64,000 bases of DNA from Trichodelitschia bisporula (taxonomy: Eukaryota), in NCBI GenBank assembly GCA_010356995.1, contig ML996692.1:755933-819932 (forward strand). Direction: 5' to 3'. The translations under genes were made by a program, and so were the position numbers. Positions 11,418-25,333 of this stretch are shown in pieces; the first letter of the stretch is position 1; every line of letters starts with the position of its first letter. Below the pieces are notes generated by a model that searched no databases, had not been told where the DNA came from, and saw only the letters and a program-made list of their open reading frames with translations.

Positions 11418-13764
11418 TTCTCATGGACGGTTGTAACGTATGGTGTGGTGTATGAGGGTGATGGTGATGGTGATTTCGGTGTCGAGGGGATAGAGCACTG
11501 CAGCCTGACAGCGCGAAAGCGATGGTTCAAATGCTGCTAGTGCAAGGCTTTCAGGGGTTGGAAGCAGAAAGTACGGTAATGGGTGCGGACGAATGGGAGA
11601 GCATTTCCTACCCTTTATCCTAGTGGTTGATCGCATGCGGCTACTTTTGCGTTTGGTCCCGAATGGTTGGCAGCATGCAACGGTGTACCTACATGGCGTC
11701 TGTCAAAGGGAGTGAATTTATACGCTGGTATACACAATGGTGACGGTTAATTATTGTTACGGCAAGCGTCCCTCTCTTGACAACCCCATGATCATTTTTC
11801 TGCTTGGCAACTACGTTTGACGAGCGGCCGGGAAGGATGGGTCGTTTTTGAGCTGCAGACAACCATCGCAGCTACCCTTGTACCTGCCGTGACTGATCCA
11901 GGCCTCCCAGTCCTGAAGCAGCCGATTCTAGGCATCATGAAATCATACAGCGTCCGGGCGCAGTAACTGCTGCGCCTCGAGTCTTTAGCTCTTTACCCAC
12001 AAGAAATTTCTGGCACAAGGCCATTTCCATGACGTCGGCGCCAGATCCCGTTCCACCTCTTTGTTTAGAAGTGAGCGGCACTCCACGGTTGCCATCATAA
12101 CGTTACTACGTACTACGTAGTAGTTCCGGGACAAGTACGGTACTACTCCCTACCCGCTTCTATATTCGGCTCCCGAACCCCAAGCCGATATTCCTATCGC
12201 GCCGCCCACTCGCTACCCACTCACTAGCCGCTCACCATGGGCTTGCTACACGGTACTCCACCTCACGCCCCACCCAATACCATAGCCGGAATTTGGCCCC
12301 ACTCGGCATGCGGCTGGGGCTCCGCAGCTCCGCACCACACGATCTCGAACGGCTCGGTAGCGGACGTCACCGCCTTGTCCAACGGAGTGGGAGCTACAGT
12401 ACACTTGGCGAAGACGGCAGATGCAAGAGGGATTGAGACCTGATGTCACGCGTAGATGGCGTTTTCGTGCTGTGCGACATGGGTTGCGGGCCGACGGTTT
12501 GGGGCTGCCTGGTGGCGGTGAGAAGCCTATGGTGGATGTGGTGGCGAAATATAATGCGCCGAGGGGAAGGTTCGGATGAGCATTTGGGGTGCGCCGTTTT
12601 TGGTGAGATGAGTACTTGGGCGCTGTTGACTACTGTGGTAAGGTGCAGTGGAGGAGTTGACGTACGCTGTGCGGTTGGGGGTGAGTGCGAACGTATGCGG
12701 TAGATATTCCAAGACGCTACTGTGGACGAGTTACGCTTCACTTCCATCATACCGTAGAGTAATTGATGAAGGTAGTGCCACAGTGGATATGAAAATTCTC
12801 CAGAGACGATGTTGTTGGCTGCTCCGAGTGAAGGTCATCTAGGTAGGCGATGTCTGGTATGAGATCGGCCAGCTGAAGTGGGGCTTGTCTACGAAACAGG
12901 TTGCCTTCAATGTACCATCATCTTCCAGTGCTGTAATAGCCTATATATTGCTGCATCTCTTCAATTGCTTGGGTAACATCCTTGACTCTCTGCAAAATTG
13001 TGATGTTCTCCCCATGATGATGTCGGCCGCCCTCATCACACCAAGCCTTTTGCACGTGGTAATACGCCATGGGCGTCCCAAGGCTGCAACACTTTAGGGG
13101 CGTGCGGGGTCGACGGTGTCCAAACTTTTCAACCCCTCCTAGCAACCTCCAACGACAACTCATTCCCAACAAGTCGGCCCGCCGAAACTTGAGACCATTA
13201 TCGATGCCAACCATCTCCACGGTCGCCACCGGAAATGAAGATGACCCTCCATCTTCCCGCTCTTTGAGCTGACATGGGACAGGAAGACTTTCGACAGCGT
13301 CCTGCGAACGCTTTTTTTTTCTCGCTAGGATGGGATCTGGCCGTGCCCAGCTTGCTGGAACCGCAGAGGAGTCGAGTTAGACACTGAGAGCCTTCACACG
13401 CTATGACCATTTGGAGTCCATGGAGTGGCTTGCATCATCCGGATGTTTGACAATCCAGAATGCCCGGTATCGCTTTGCGAAACGCCACCAGCTGGGACAC
13501 CACGTTTGGGTCTTACGCCGCAAAATCCAAGGCCGACTGCATCTGATAAGTTCCGAGCAGGCTCAGGACTTGATGAGAGCTGAACCTAATTACGTCGTCA
13601 GCTATTTTCGGGGACTGGGTCTGAATTCCAAAGTTCCGCCTCCAGCGTAGCGATGCCATCCGGACTTCCTAGGGTTGTTGATGTCTCTTGGACATGGCGT
13701 CTTCTCCCTTCCCCTGGACATGTCGTATTATGTTTCCTCCTGGAGGCTGGCATATCATCAAATA

Positions 13765-13852
13765 GGCCGCGTGGCCTAATGGTAAGGCGTCTGACTACGA
13801 TTCCTTCTGGGTTGTGATCAGGAGATTGCAGGTTCGAGACCTGCCGCGGTCA
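13765..13852 (+). tRNA. tRNA-Arg(ACG) with 16-nt intron (13801-13816)
   Basis: Acceptor stem GGCCGCG/CGCGGTC, A-box TGGCCTAATGG, anticodon arm TCTGA-CT-ACG-A^A-TCAGG, T-arm GCAGG-TTCGAGA-CCTGC, oligo-T Pol III terminator at 13866-13870. Confidence 0.95.
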
Positions 13853-15668
13853 TTAGGTAACTCTCTTTTTGCTCGTTTGGGTTTATTAGGGGTTACGCGG
13901 GGTTGAGGAAGTACCCAGCGGGATCACAGCTATCGTAGGTTCGGATTGGACGAATTTTTGATCGGTATCTATTAGTCCATCATGCCCTAGGGTGAGATGC
14001 TGCAGCATCGGGCGTTTGGTAGCCTCGTGATCCTCAAATGCATCGAAGATAATCCGGGGATAGAGTAGGGTGGGGGGGTTCGGGGAGATGAAAGGCGTCT
14101 AGGGTACGAACTTGGCCATCGCTTTGGAAGGCCATCGAACGGCGATCTCGGGTTCTTTCAACCTGATGAAAATGTCAACGTACAGCTCCACCCGTCCGAG
14201 TGCGCAATTTGTACGTACGACGTGCAATACGGACACTCCGCCACGGCGTTCGGAATGCTCACCGGCCCGAAGAAAACAGGTACTCGTAGTCAGACGTCGA
14301 AGACAAAAAGAAATTACGTCTATGGTGAACTCCGGCGAGGCTGTGCGGCGAAACTCGCTGCTAGGACAGCATTCAGAACCCCACGCCTGATACTGCAGAC
14401 GCTGCGCAGGCGCCAGACGCAAGACGCAGCCATGGCTGCCAATGCGGCTTGAGGGATCCACAAGCGATCAGTGTGCTGTCGGGAAATTCTCAGCTCTCGC
14501 AGCGCATTCAGCTTTGTCGAGATCCTTCACATCACACAAGGAACACGTAGTACGAGAAGTCGGATTTCATAACTTGCAACCGCGCTTCTCCCGCCCGCCC
14601 ACTGCCCCATCGCTCAACTCCCTCGAGACGGCGGGTGTCACCTGGAACTGTCATGACGACCGGGACGCACAGGAAACAAGAATAGGCGGGACCAATTATG
14701 ATATTTCAGGTCAGATCGTAGAGCTGGGTAGCTGCCAGCATTCCGCACCGCGGAGTGAGCTACAGATGTACGGTGTGCTCGTATGTACTGTACCATGTTA
14801 GATGAGTGGCATGCACATTGGCACTACGTACATCCGTACATCCGTACTGTGTACTGCAACGAAGGCCTGCCATTTGGGCTTCTTCTCAGCCTTCATAGCC
14901 GAAGCACGCCCAGCGGGTGCCCCGCGCGCCCAAACGGCGGTCGGCGATGCGCTTCTCTCGTTAGTTGGAAGCGCCCCCTGCACTCCACTTCTTACTCCAC
15001 TTCTCCCTATCACTGCAGATGCCTTGCCGGCTGCTGGAGGCTGTGCGGCACCATGCGGGCAGCTCAAGGCTTAAATGACCGCCTCCAAGAAGTCCAAGAC
15101 CCAAAACAATGCCTGTCTTTCCATTGCGTGAGGGGGTGGTGGAGCGTAGAGGGTGGGAGGGATGGGGGAATAATGGGTCAGCTCTCCGCCATTTACAAGC
15201 AACGTCCGCTTTTTTTGTCCGTCGCGTGCGTGCTTTGCGCCTCCGAGCTTTGTCACTTTACTGCTTGTGTGTTTGTGTCTGTGTGGGATGGAAAGCCTAA
15301 TAAGTGTGGCATAAAACAATATGAAATGTGGCGGTCCGCCCCCTCTTGAGCCTCTTTCAATAATTCCTTCCCCCCCTCTGCCTACTTAACCACCTACCCG
15401 GACCCCGAGCCATAATCCAAGCCTGAACGCTTCCGACCTTCCTTCCTCCTCGCGCAACCCCGTCTTTGAACCCGGATCCTTTGGTTGCTCGGCAAATACA
15501 AGTAAACACGGCAAACACACCCAAGAACAACACTCCAAGCGCAAGTGGGCTGCCAAAGAGCGCCTACCTTCCTCATCAAGTACCTCATATACAGGCGCTT
15601 GGCGAGTTACATGTCTCCTGCTCTACTATCCCGCAGGTCGTCTTTGTCGAGGATCGTGGTTGTCGTAG

Positions 15669-16629
15669 ATGCACAGCATGGCCGGGACGATGGATGAAGC
15701 AATGGCCCGCCTTCCTGCAAGCCTCAAGCGGCCTGACCCTATTGTCTTCCACGATGACAGCGAGGACGAGTTGCTGGATGAGTACTTCGCGTCATGCGTG
15801 CCTTTGTCCAACCTGCCTACACCTCCGCTATCGGCCTCATCGAGGAGTACGACGCCTCCTCTATCACCGCGCCTTTCATACATTTCAAGTGGGCGCCCTT
15901 TGACGTTCTTTGTGTCCAATGCTAACACTCGCAGCCCCGGCTCATCACCTTACACTTCTCGTCCCTCAGAATGCCTCGCCCCAGCGCCTTTCCCCCGCCG
16001 TCACCGCAGCCTACCTCGCTCGCGCATCGCTTCCCCGCTCCACCATCGCCTTCGCCGCATGCATTCTAGATTCGCTCTCCGGATTCTTCGTCCGCACCTG
16101 GCGCAATGAACTCGCAACCATCCGTGTCCTTACACATGTTCGCACGCTGAAGCCGTCCGAGTGGTCGTTCCCCGTGGTTACCGGCTCAGCTTGGGGTGCA
16201 GCTTCGGGGACTGGAAGCTCGTGCAAGCCGGAGCTCATTGTGCTTGCCGCTCTCGCGATTGCCAAATCCTGGTTGGATGACACTCGTACCGGCGCTGCCT
16301 GGTGGGCGGGGAAGATCGCAGCTGGGACTGTGGAGTCTACGGAGGTGGATGCCACCATCAGATGCTTACTCAAGGATATCGGGTACGCGCTGGCGGCGTT
16401 TGGCGCAGAAATCGTGGAAGAGATGGAGCAGGAGATATTCGGTGACCTGGATGAGAACGAGGTCGAACCCGAAGCTGATGGTATCTACCCCATTGCTGGA
16501 ATTCCGGACTGCGATAAAATGCACGACGGTCACGCCATCTTCAATGACGGTATCGCTACACCTGAACCTAGCCCGGTGTGTTTGACCGCCAGAGACGGCG
16601 GCGACATGGAGCTAGGAATACAGGCGTGA
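15669..16629 (+). CDS. Pho85/Pcl-like cyclin-fold protein of unknown function
   Basis: Two ORFs joined in phase by intron 15889-15934 (GTGGGC...GCTAAC...CAG). ELIVLAALAIAKSWLDD...WW...EVDATIRCLLKDIGYAL resembles a Pcl cyclin box. Several in-frame ATGs, so the start is uncertain. Confidence 0.6.
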
Positions 16630-17926
16630 ATCTTCAATGGCTGACCCTATTGAGATTCAAGCCTTTCTGGGCGTTCGGCTTTCCCCTTACTATCGTCCAT
16701 ATCTTGGTTCGGATCCCGCCCTTCCGATGGATCGGTCCCTATTTTTGGAAGCCAACCCGTTGTGCCATGCGGAGCTTCACGCCCATGATTCGACCATATT
16801 CCATACGACGCTCGCGTGGGGTCGCCCTCTCTGGATGATCCGGAGTGGTTGAAGCGGGGCCCACGAGTGTCTGTTTTGTGGAGCACACCCATTTTCCCCG
16901 GCGCATGGCCGGAAGGCTTCTTCCATCCGGGAACTCAGTAGTGGCAAACATCATTCTTGTTTGCCGCCAACGGTAGCTCAGCTTTACAAGCGCGATTATT
17001 TAACCGCGCATTACTTTGAGGGAATGGTATGGAGAGGGATGAGGAAGTTCTCCGCGGATGAGGACTAGGACTGTTCTGGACTTCGGAGGATGATGGTTTC
17101 TTGCTAGTATCCCACATTGTTTGTGGGAAGTACTGGTGACGTGGCATTTTACCCCGCGGTGGGGAGGTGGAGCTATGCACTTAGTCTGCTTTTGCTGCCA
17201 GTTGTACCGCACCATCTCCTTCGCTTCATGCGATTAGAGAGCTAGGTACAGATATGTAGCGGATAGCATGTAGTAGGTGCACTTGGAATTGCTCTTCCTT
17301 AACTATTGATTCTGCGCGTGATGCGGTGGTGAAGGGGTCTGCGTGTCCCTTAGGTCCAGGCGTTCAGACCCCTTGCAAGTATGCAGTGCCATTTATCCGC
17401 GACATGCAGCCTTGCATGTATCACGGTCTCGATCGAGCGCTGAGCCTGTGGGTATTCGCCAGTATTGCGATTCCCAGCCTGATGGACCCACACTCCATTC
17501 ACCGGCTACGACCATGGACAAGCTGCCATTCACATCGTGCAACTCGGAAGGAGTTAACTTGATGATCTAAGCTCCGACTCTCTAGCATAGTCCTCTTGAT
17601 CGTGAGAAAGTTACTTCAGCCTGATCGGATTGTGATGCGGACCGCGGTGAAGAGCTTCTGATGAGTGAATCGAGCAAGGTAGATACGCAGTCATCGTGAT
17701 TTCGCGTGAGGCTGAAGCGCATACCAACACGTACGGGACAGTTTCTTCGGCCTCTCGTGAGTTGTGTGCGGAGACTCCTAATCACCTCCGCAACCTCGAC
17801 GACAGGACTTCGGATAATAGTAATTCCGGTACGAGATTCACGTCGTCCCGACACGAGGCATCATCCTCATCAACCACCGGAGCCTCAAGGAACACTCGCC
17901 CCTGCTTTACTGTTTACGCGGCCAAA

Positions 17927-19082
17927 ATGACAAACAGAGGATATGATGTTGTGGTAGACGTCGATGCGGAGGTACTTGCCCTCAAATTCACGACGCAGCG
18001 AGCTCCAGCTGCTGACTTTCTAGGGTGACCTTGGCCATACCGACCTGCAGGAGGATCTCGAATTCCATTCATCCAGTAGGTCGCATATCTAAAACGGAGT
18101 AGAGTTGCATCTAACTCTCCGTAGACTTTGAAGATCCCCAAAGCCGCAACAAGATACCCCCGGATACCTCGTCCAACTTTCTCAACAACGGCTCCTCGTC
18201 CCGCGCATCCAGCTCCTCCAAAGCCTTCCTCTGGAGCGTCCAGTTCTACGCGCAGTTCTTTGATGTGGATACATCAGAGGTGATACGGCGCTGCACAGCC
18301 GCCATCTATCCCAGAACAAACTTTCTCGATGTGCTCGAGGGGAACCCGGATCTTTACGGTCCCTTTTGGATCGCCACGACTGTTGTCATGATCCTGTTCC
18401 TCACGGGCACTATCAGCTGGAAACTAGCGCACTCTGGGCAGTTCCACTATGCCTACGACTTTCGCCTGTTGAGTGGTGCTGCAGGGCTCATATACGGATA
18501 CACGGGTGCGCTACGTGGATAGATGCGCTTGGGCACGATGCTGACTATGGGCAGGAATCGTTCCCATCGGACTGTGGGGCACTCTCAAGTGGTTTGGTAG
18601 CGAGTCCGCAAATCTCCTGGAATGCTGGGCTCTCTATGGCTACGCCAACGTCATTTGGATCCCCGTGGCTCTCATCTCCTGGTCTCCCATCAGCAGTACG
18701 CTCACTATCTTGCGTCGTCCGGTGCTATGCTAACGGGACCTTTAGTTCTGAACTACGTCTTCGTAGGGGTTGGCTTCGGCATTTCAGCTCTGTTCTTGTT
18801 CCGCAACCTGTAAGCTCTTGCGACGCATTCCCTGGTGCTTTGGCTCACGAATCATAGATACCCCATCCTGAGCGCGACTGACGTGCGGACGTCTAAGATC
18901 CTCCTGATTGTTGTACTAGCCCTGCATGCAGGACTCGCAATTGCGATCAAGATCCTTTTCTTCGCGTACGTTCACCGGTTCCGTGTCTAAACCGTATCCT
19001 TGCTAACTAAAGTTGCAGGCACGGTAGCCCGGTCGGCGATGGCAAAGCTCCCGAGGGAAATAAGCCTGACAGGCTCTTCTAG
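17927..19082 (+). CDS. Yip1-domain Golgi membrane protein (YIPF1/2, Yip5-like)
   Basis: MTNRGYDVVVDVDAE start, FYAQFFDVDT, NPDLYGPFWIATT, WALYGYANVIWIP, multiple TM segments, about six short introns, stop TAG 19080-19082. Confidence 0.85.
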
Positions 19083-19356
19083 GCGCTTGATTTCTAAGGC
19101 TTGGTGTTCGGGTCAGGGTGTATCAGCGGCGTATACCGTCTTGTTTACCGATGTGTATCTTTTTGAGTTCATCAAATGCTTGCGCTGGTTCTGGCCAGGT
19201 TTGCTAGAGGGTGTGCTTTTGGGACGTGTTTTGTGATACTGATACAAGCATTCAGGAAACCATATTGCCTGCCACTGCAACAAACAAGGTATCAACAATT
19301 TCGATTAGAGGGTTCTGGACTACCAACCACCTAACTCCTCATCAGGACCTTCGCCC

Positions 19357-20903
19357 CTAGTAGGTGGTCAAGGGCGGGGATCCCTCGCACGGCGGCGCGG
19401 AATACTTCGTCTGCACAAAGACTTTCTGCATGCCATCCTCCTTCTTGTCAAACTTGTAGTATACCTTATCAAGGTCCTCAACCCGCACGCGGTGGCTCAC
19501 CATCTTCAGCGGGTCGATTTTGCCCTCCTGGATCATCGTCAACAACTCGTGCCAGTACTTGTGCACAGGCGCCTGCCCATTGCCGATGAGCCGGATGCCA
19601 CGCTCCATCAATGAGCCGATGTTGAAGTGGTTGGTCTGTTTACGCGTCAGTTCACTCCATCCTTGACCGTTAATGGGAGGGATCTGCTTACGAAGCCAAC
19701 ATAAACACCCGTGATACCGCAGCGCCCATAGTTCCGGACACTGGTGATCATCTCGTTGACAATCTCACTCGTATCCGTCTCCATGCCCAGCATCATCTCA
19801 AAGTAATGCGCCCAGCCCTTAGCATACTCGCCCGCCACACACTCGAGCGCAACATCCGGCCCGCGGCCTCCAGTCATCTCCTTAAGCTTGCTCGTTACGC
19901 TCTCGCCGCGCGGCAGCGCGCTGTAGTCCAGGGTCTCGGCCTTGGGACACTTCTGCTTGATCCACTCCAGCCGCCAATTGTTGTCGATAGCGATCACGCG
20001 CTGCGCACCGAGGAGGAACGCGAAGTCAACGCACATCTGCCCAATGGGACCGGCGCCCCAGATGGCGACTACGTCGCCCTTGTTGATACCCGTGTCGACG
20101 CAACAGTTCCAGGATGTGCAGACGACGTCAGAGAGGTACAGGCCCTTCTCGTCGGGTACGTCGTCGGGCAGCTTGAGGAGATTGACATCGCCCAGTGGGA
20201 CTCGCACCGCTTCGGCTTGACCACCTGGATGCTGTTAGTTGTGTGCGGGCGGACGGTGATGTGCCCGCTTACCTGCGAAGCCGCCGGTGAAGTGCGAGTA
20301 CCCGAAGATACCGGCTGTGCGGGCGCCGAGCATCGCATTGGCGATGGTGTTTGAGTTGGTCTTCTCGCACTGCGAGGAGAGACTTTGTTTGCAGTAGTAG
20401 CACTGATGGCGGGTTAGCTGGAGTCTTTGAGCGTGGCCGGATGAGGCTGACATCTCCGCATGCGATCTGGAATGAGGCTACTACTCTGTCGCCCTTTTTG
20501 AGAGTCTTAACGTCGGGCCCGACTTCGTCCACCACGCCGCAGAATTCGTGGCCTAGGATGTCGCCCTTTTCCATTTCTACGATTACGCCATGCAGAAGGT
20601 GCAGATCGCTGCCGCACACCGTGCTTCCCGTAATGTTCAGGATGACATCGCCAGGCTCAACGACCTTCGGCCGCGGGGTTTCGACTGCGTCAGGTCAGTT
20701 GGGGTATCGTGAGTGGCATAGGGTATGCACGCACCGACTTCGACCTTGTTCTTGCCCTGCCACACAAGTGCCTTCATCGGGTGATCTGGGTCGCCGTACT
20801 TGGCCCGGTCCTGCGCCGGATTCGAGATGTCCTGCTGCGTGATGCTGTTGTCGTCATGGCCGACGAGCTTCTCGACCAGGGCGGCCGCTTGTGACACTGC
20901 CAT
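19357..20903 (-). CDS. Zn-dependent medium-chain dehydrogenase (formaldehyde dehydrogenase-like)
   Basis: MKALVWQG, CGSDLH, GHEFCG, structural Zn cluster CGDCYYC...C, Rossmann motif GAGPIG; four introns. Confidence 0.88.
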
Positions 20904-22481
20904 TGTTTTGGTAAGTAGAACTATTTGGTAAAGCGTATGAAAAATGCGAGTTTAGGTCACGATGACAGGTTTTGGAGAAGTAAGACGAATTGGTATCAAA
21001 ATTCAGCTACACAACTCAAGCGGCGATGTGAAGCCTAAGTAAGTTGTGGTAGAGTAGCCCCGCAACATAGCTCCCAGCGCAGCTACGTCATAATGAGGTT
21101 GTCATCGGCGGGCCACTGCCTAAAGCGGCAATCACGCTGGGATGGGGTTCGCGATGGGGGATTCTGGATTGGCATATTTGCTGCTAAGCGGGAAAGGGCA
21201 TTTTACCGTACGGCAGGTGCGACGATCGCCGATCAAGCTTCGTCGCTCCTCGATCGAGCAAGAATGCAACGTGGGATACCACGGCGCCCCGTTGCGGGGG
21301 AAGTGACGTCGCGATCTTCACCTAACACGTGACTTGGACCAACGATGGTAATGGGCTACCTTGATGTGCTCGTCTAGGTGGTCAAGAAGCGAGGTTGTGC
21401 TCTTCTAAACGCAAGCCTGGACCAGAAATTCCTTCGAGAAACCCGCTCACTAATCCCCAAAGCCCAAAGCCCAGCGAGCGCACCCCTCATCAGCCGCCTC
21501 AATAACCCACCTCAAAGCCCAACCACAAGGCTGACCAGCCTCTCTCACCGCAAATCCACACTCCCAGCTTCCAACCCGCCTACAAACCCCAACAGCCCAT
21601 GAACCCAGCCTCCACCCCTCTCTCCTCAAACCCAATCCCTCGTCCCCAAATCAATTCGTCAGCCCCCCGCCCGGGCCCTCCCGCCCTCGCCGCAATGCAG
21701 ATTAAGCGCTAGGTTACCCCCAGCCGCGCCAGTAGCGCGGTTACACATAACACCCCCTCCCCCAGGCGCGCGCCGCGCCGACGCTGTCAATCGCTCTTTC
21801 CCAGCGACCAGGTTGAGGAAGGGGGGTTGCTGTCTGTGCTGCGGGCTATTCGATCGGCTTCAGATCCGGGATCGGGGAGGCCGAGGCCGGGGTGGGCGTG
21901 CGGCACAGCACAGGGCCGTGGGGCACCGGTTTTTGGTTGAAGATATGCGACTGAGGTGCCGAAGGATTGTATTGCTTCTGACATCCCCAGAGATTGCCTC
22001 TCATGATCCTCGGAAGCGTTTCCGGGCGCTTGGCCTGGGGCTTACGCGCGGTACGGGAGATAGGCACCGGGAACATGCGATTGAGTGCCCGTGAATTCAT
22101 GTCTGCACTGCGGTGAGCAGCGGGGATGCAGTTCTCCCAGCCTCGGAGCCGGGTTTTGCATCCGGGTCATAATATACAGAAGTGTGGTGAAACCAGATCG
22201 TGCCTGCGAGCATACCCAAGACAAAAGAGCTCGGTACAACAAGCGCTCCCTTCATGGCCTCGCTGAATGGGATGGTGAAGATGCCTATCTTCCCTCCATC
22301 TACATTCCCCCCAAACACCAAACCTGCCTCTTCCTCTATGCGAGGATACCCCAAAGGCAATAAAAATGTGGTAATGCAAGCCGAAGAAGGATTTTGCTGC
22401 CCGTCGAACAAACACAAGTATACTGCAAAACGCCCGCTAGTCCCTGGTTCAATGCTTTAATAGGTGAGGAGAAAGAGACAA

Positions 22482-24280
22482 TCAGAAATGCTCTTTCCAG
22501 AACTTGAACTTGACTTCAGGACACGTTACTGTTGAGCATATCTTGCTGATATCTCTCGCCGCGGCCGCTGGTCCGCAGAAATACACGCCTACATCAGTGT
22601 GCTTGTACTTGTTCTCCAGGTTCGGAATATACGTCTCCTGGATGATGCCATCGCGCATGCCGCGCAGCAAGCGGTTCCAATCCGGCCGGCCGAAGTTGGT
22701 GCGGCTGCGCAGCTCGGTCAGGGGATCCTTTTCCATGCCAATGGAATTGAGCACAATATTCTGCGCCGTATCCGCATCCAGTTTCTTCGTCAGATAGGTG
22801 TGGATGCGCAGGAAGTCGTCGCCATTGCCCTCGGACTCCTGCATCGACTGCGTCTCGAGCGAGATAAGCAGATTCTGGAACCAGGCGAACGCAACCGTAT
22901 CGCGACAGATCCAGAAAAACTCGATGCGCCGCAGTCGCTTCGGCATGTTGGAGTTGCGGCGCAGATGCCAGATTTGCTTGAGGATGCTGGCCCACGGCGT
23001 AACGCCGATGCCGGTGCCGATCAGGACGGCGACTTCGTTTTGCAGCACGTCTTCGGCAGGAGCGCCGTAGGGTCCGTCGATGCGCAGGTTGGGGAAGGAC
23101 TCGCCGGGCCCCAGTACCACTTCGTACATGCTGCTCGGGTCGAGTTCCTCATAGATTTTGGCCTGCTCTGGGCCAGCACCAAGGGCGTTACCCAGTTCCT
23201 TGGTGAAGTCGCCGACTTGGCGAACGTGGACACTGACGTAATCGTCGAAGGGACAAGAGGTGATGGTGAATGGATGCCATTGCTGGCGCGAAACGGTCGG
23301 GCAGTTGAGGAAGAGCCATTGGCCAGGCCTGTAGGTCATGCTCGGCTTGCGGAATTGGATCTCCATGGTTTCTTGAGTCCTGTTAGCCATGGACCTGAAA
23401 CATGAAGAGTTGAGACCAACCGTAAGGATGCTTGATAACCTTGACAATCTGTGTCTCCCGTCGCGAGCGGATTTCTCGGTATATCCGCTCACAAAGGTAC
23501 AAAGCACCCGCCACGAGCTCCCAGCGCCAACCCTCATACCCAATGCAATGCTCCCAAAACTGTTTCCCGGCGAATGGAGAAAAGGGCTCCTTGGTGTCGC
23601 GCACAAAGCAGCCAGTTGCATGCGTGTAGAGAGCGAGGAAGAACGGAACGAACAGATGGTGCGTGTACCAGAAAGTTTCGAAGGACTGCTTTCGAATCTT
23701 GTCGTGCGCTGTGGTGTACATGAAGAGCATACACAGCAGCATGACGTGGCCTGTGATGCCACCGGCTTGGGTGTAATGAATCTCAACGGCAGCTTCTGGG
23801 CGAACTTGCGCGCGCTCAACGTTGAAGAAACTACGAAATCAGCGATTTGCGGGGTTGACCGATCGCGGACACTCACTTGACATAATGCGATGTCGTATGG
23901 ACAATTGTCCAGAACAGCAAGGAGTACGCGACCTGCCGGTGAAACCATTGAGACTCATCCAGATGGAGCCATGGTAACTTCGGGCGTATCAACCGCAAGA
24001 GAGTTCGGCACATAGGGAGCAATATTAACATGGTGTCGACTGAAAGGATGAGACCCGCGCCTCGGGAGAACCAGACTGAGAACTTGAGCGTGTTCAAGCC
24101 CGCAAGTCTTTGATCTGCCGCCTGTTTCCACCTGCGGAACTGTCAGTGAAATTCTCGACAGATCAGATCGCCATACCATCCTAAGATGAAAAGGAAGACG
24201 TGAAATCCATGGAACATAGTGTAGAACATGAGTTTTCTGGGCGCAGCCCATGATTGCAGGGCGGGTCGTTTGTTGCTCAT
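22482..24280 (-). CDS. noxA: NADPH oxidase A (Nox1, gp91phox homolog)
   Basis: Short N-terminus MSNKRPALQSWAAPRKLMF with no NoxB extension or EF hands. Heme helices FHRQVAY..HTTSHY and FWYTHHLF..LYTHATGC, FAD motif QWHPFTITS, DGPYGAP, GIGVTP, VYFCGP, C-terminus FWKEHF. Introns 24132-24176, ~23832-23877, ~23382-23419. Confidence 0.95.
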
Positions 24281-25333
24281 CTTGAAGTTCTGTTGCCGGT
24301 CCTTCGTGCTGAAGTTGACCAGAAGATTCGCTGTGCTAATGGTGCTTTGGGGAGACTGAAGTGACGGTGGTTGAACTAGCTGCGCGCGGGTCCTACCAAG
24401 CCATCTTCGGTTATGCCTTGGTGTTATGGTTGCGATTCCTCCACGTCCTTCGCGCTCCTCTTCCCACTTCCGCTTTTGCGCCTCAAAGGGGATGAAAGGC
24501 CGAACGAAGCCGTGTAGTGTTTGGCACCAGGCCCGGCTATGTCCACGCAGAGAGTATATGTTGATCTATGTCGTTTGCGAGTGAAAGATCAGGTTCGTGT
24601 GGCTAGGGAGCGGTTGACAGCGAGGAGGGGTGTGGTTGAAGACGAGATGGGCGCAAGACGGTCAGATTACGGTCGGCCAGTTCCAGACCTCCAAAGGCCG
24701 TACACTTGTAATCCAAATCGGGTGGCGGGAATGCGTGAGTCGGACCGATTCTAACCACAAGGTTTTGGGATTGGCGTTCGTAGAGTCGTGAAGGAGCGAT
24801 AAAGGGGATGCGCCTCGGGGATGAGGAAGGAGTGGGAGTGACGGCGGAACGAGGTATGCGAGCAGCCAGTTAAGACGAGGAGCACATCGGGATGCAAGGT
24901 CTACCGGGGGATCTTGGGATAGTACGGGAAGAGGGGAAGATGCAGAGAGACGTGCAGAAAGGCTTTCAGCCACGTTAGGAGGGACGATATGGGGGTAGGA
25001 TTTGGGACGGCATGGCAACTAGTAAAGTGATCAGGGCGGCGGCACACGTAGTGCCTGAGCGCTCAGTATGAGGGCGTCTAAGTGGACAGAAAAGACGCCT
25101 AAACGCGCAATTCTCAAGATGGACCTTGCTCGGATCGCACTCTTCCAGCAGTGCTGAGAAGTGTGGTTGGACCGGGGTGATGTACCAATGGGAGTTTAGG
25201 ATGACCTGGGGGGTTGGGAGCCATGGGCTTGATAGTGAGCAAGGCTTGGTGGGAAGGGCAATTGGGGTTGTACTGGGGGGTATTATTCAAGCGGCTGGCG
25301 GTGGGGAAGAGGGGGGCGGGGTGGGCACGCTAA

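Noticed and set aside
17655..17720. CTGATGAG hammerhead-like core
   Set aside because: No stem II followed by GAAA and no compatible stems I/III.
21378..22460. Short ORFs between the dehydrogenase start and the noxA stop
   Set aside because: Low-complexity translations without motifs; more likely promoter and 3'UTR sequence.
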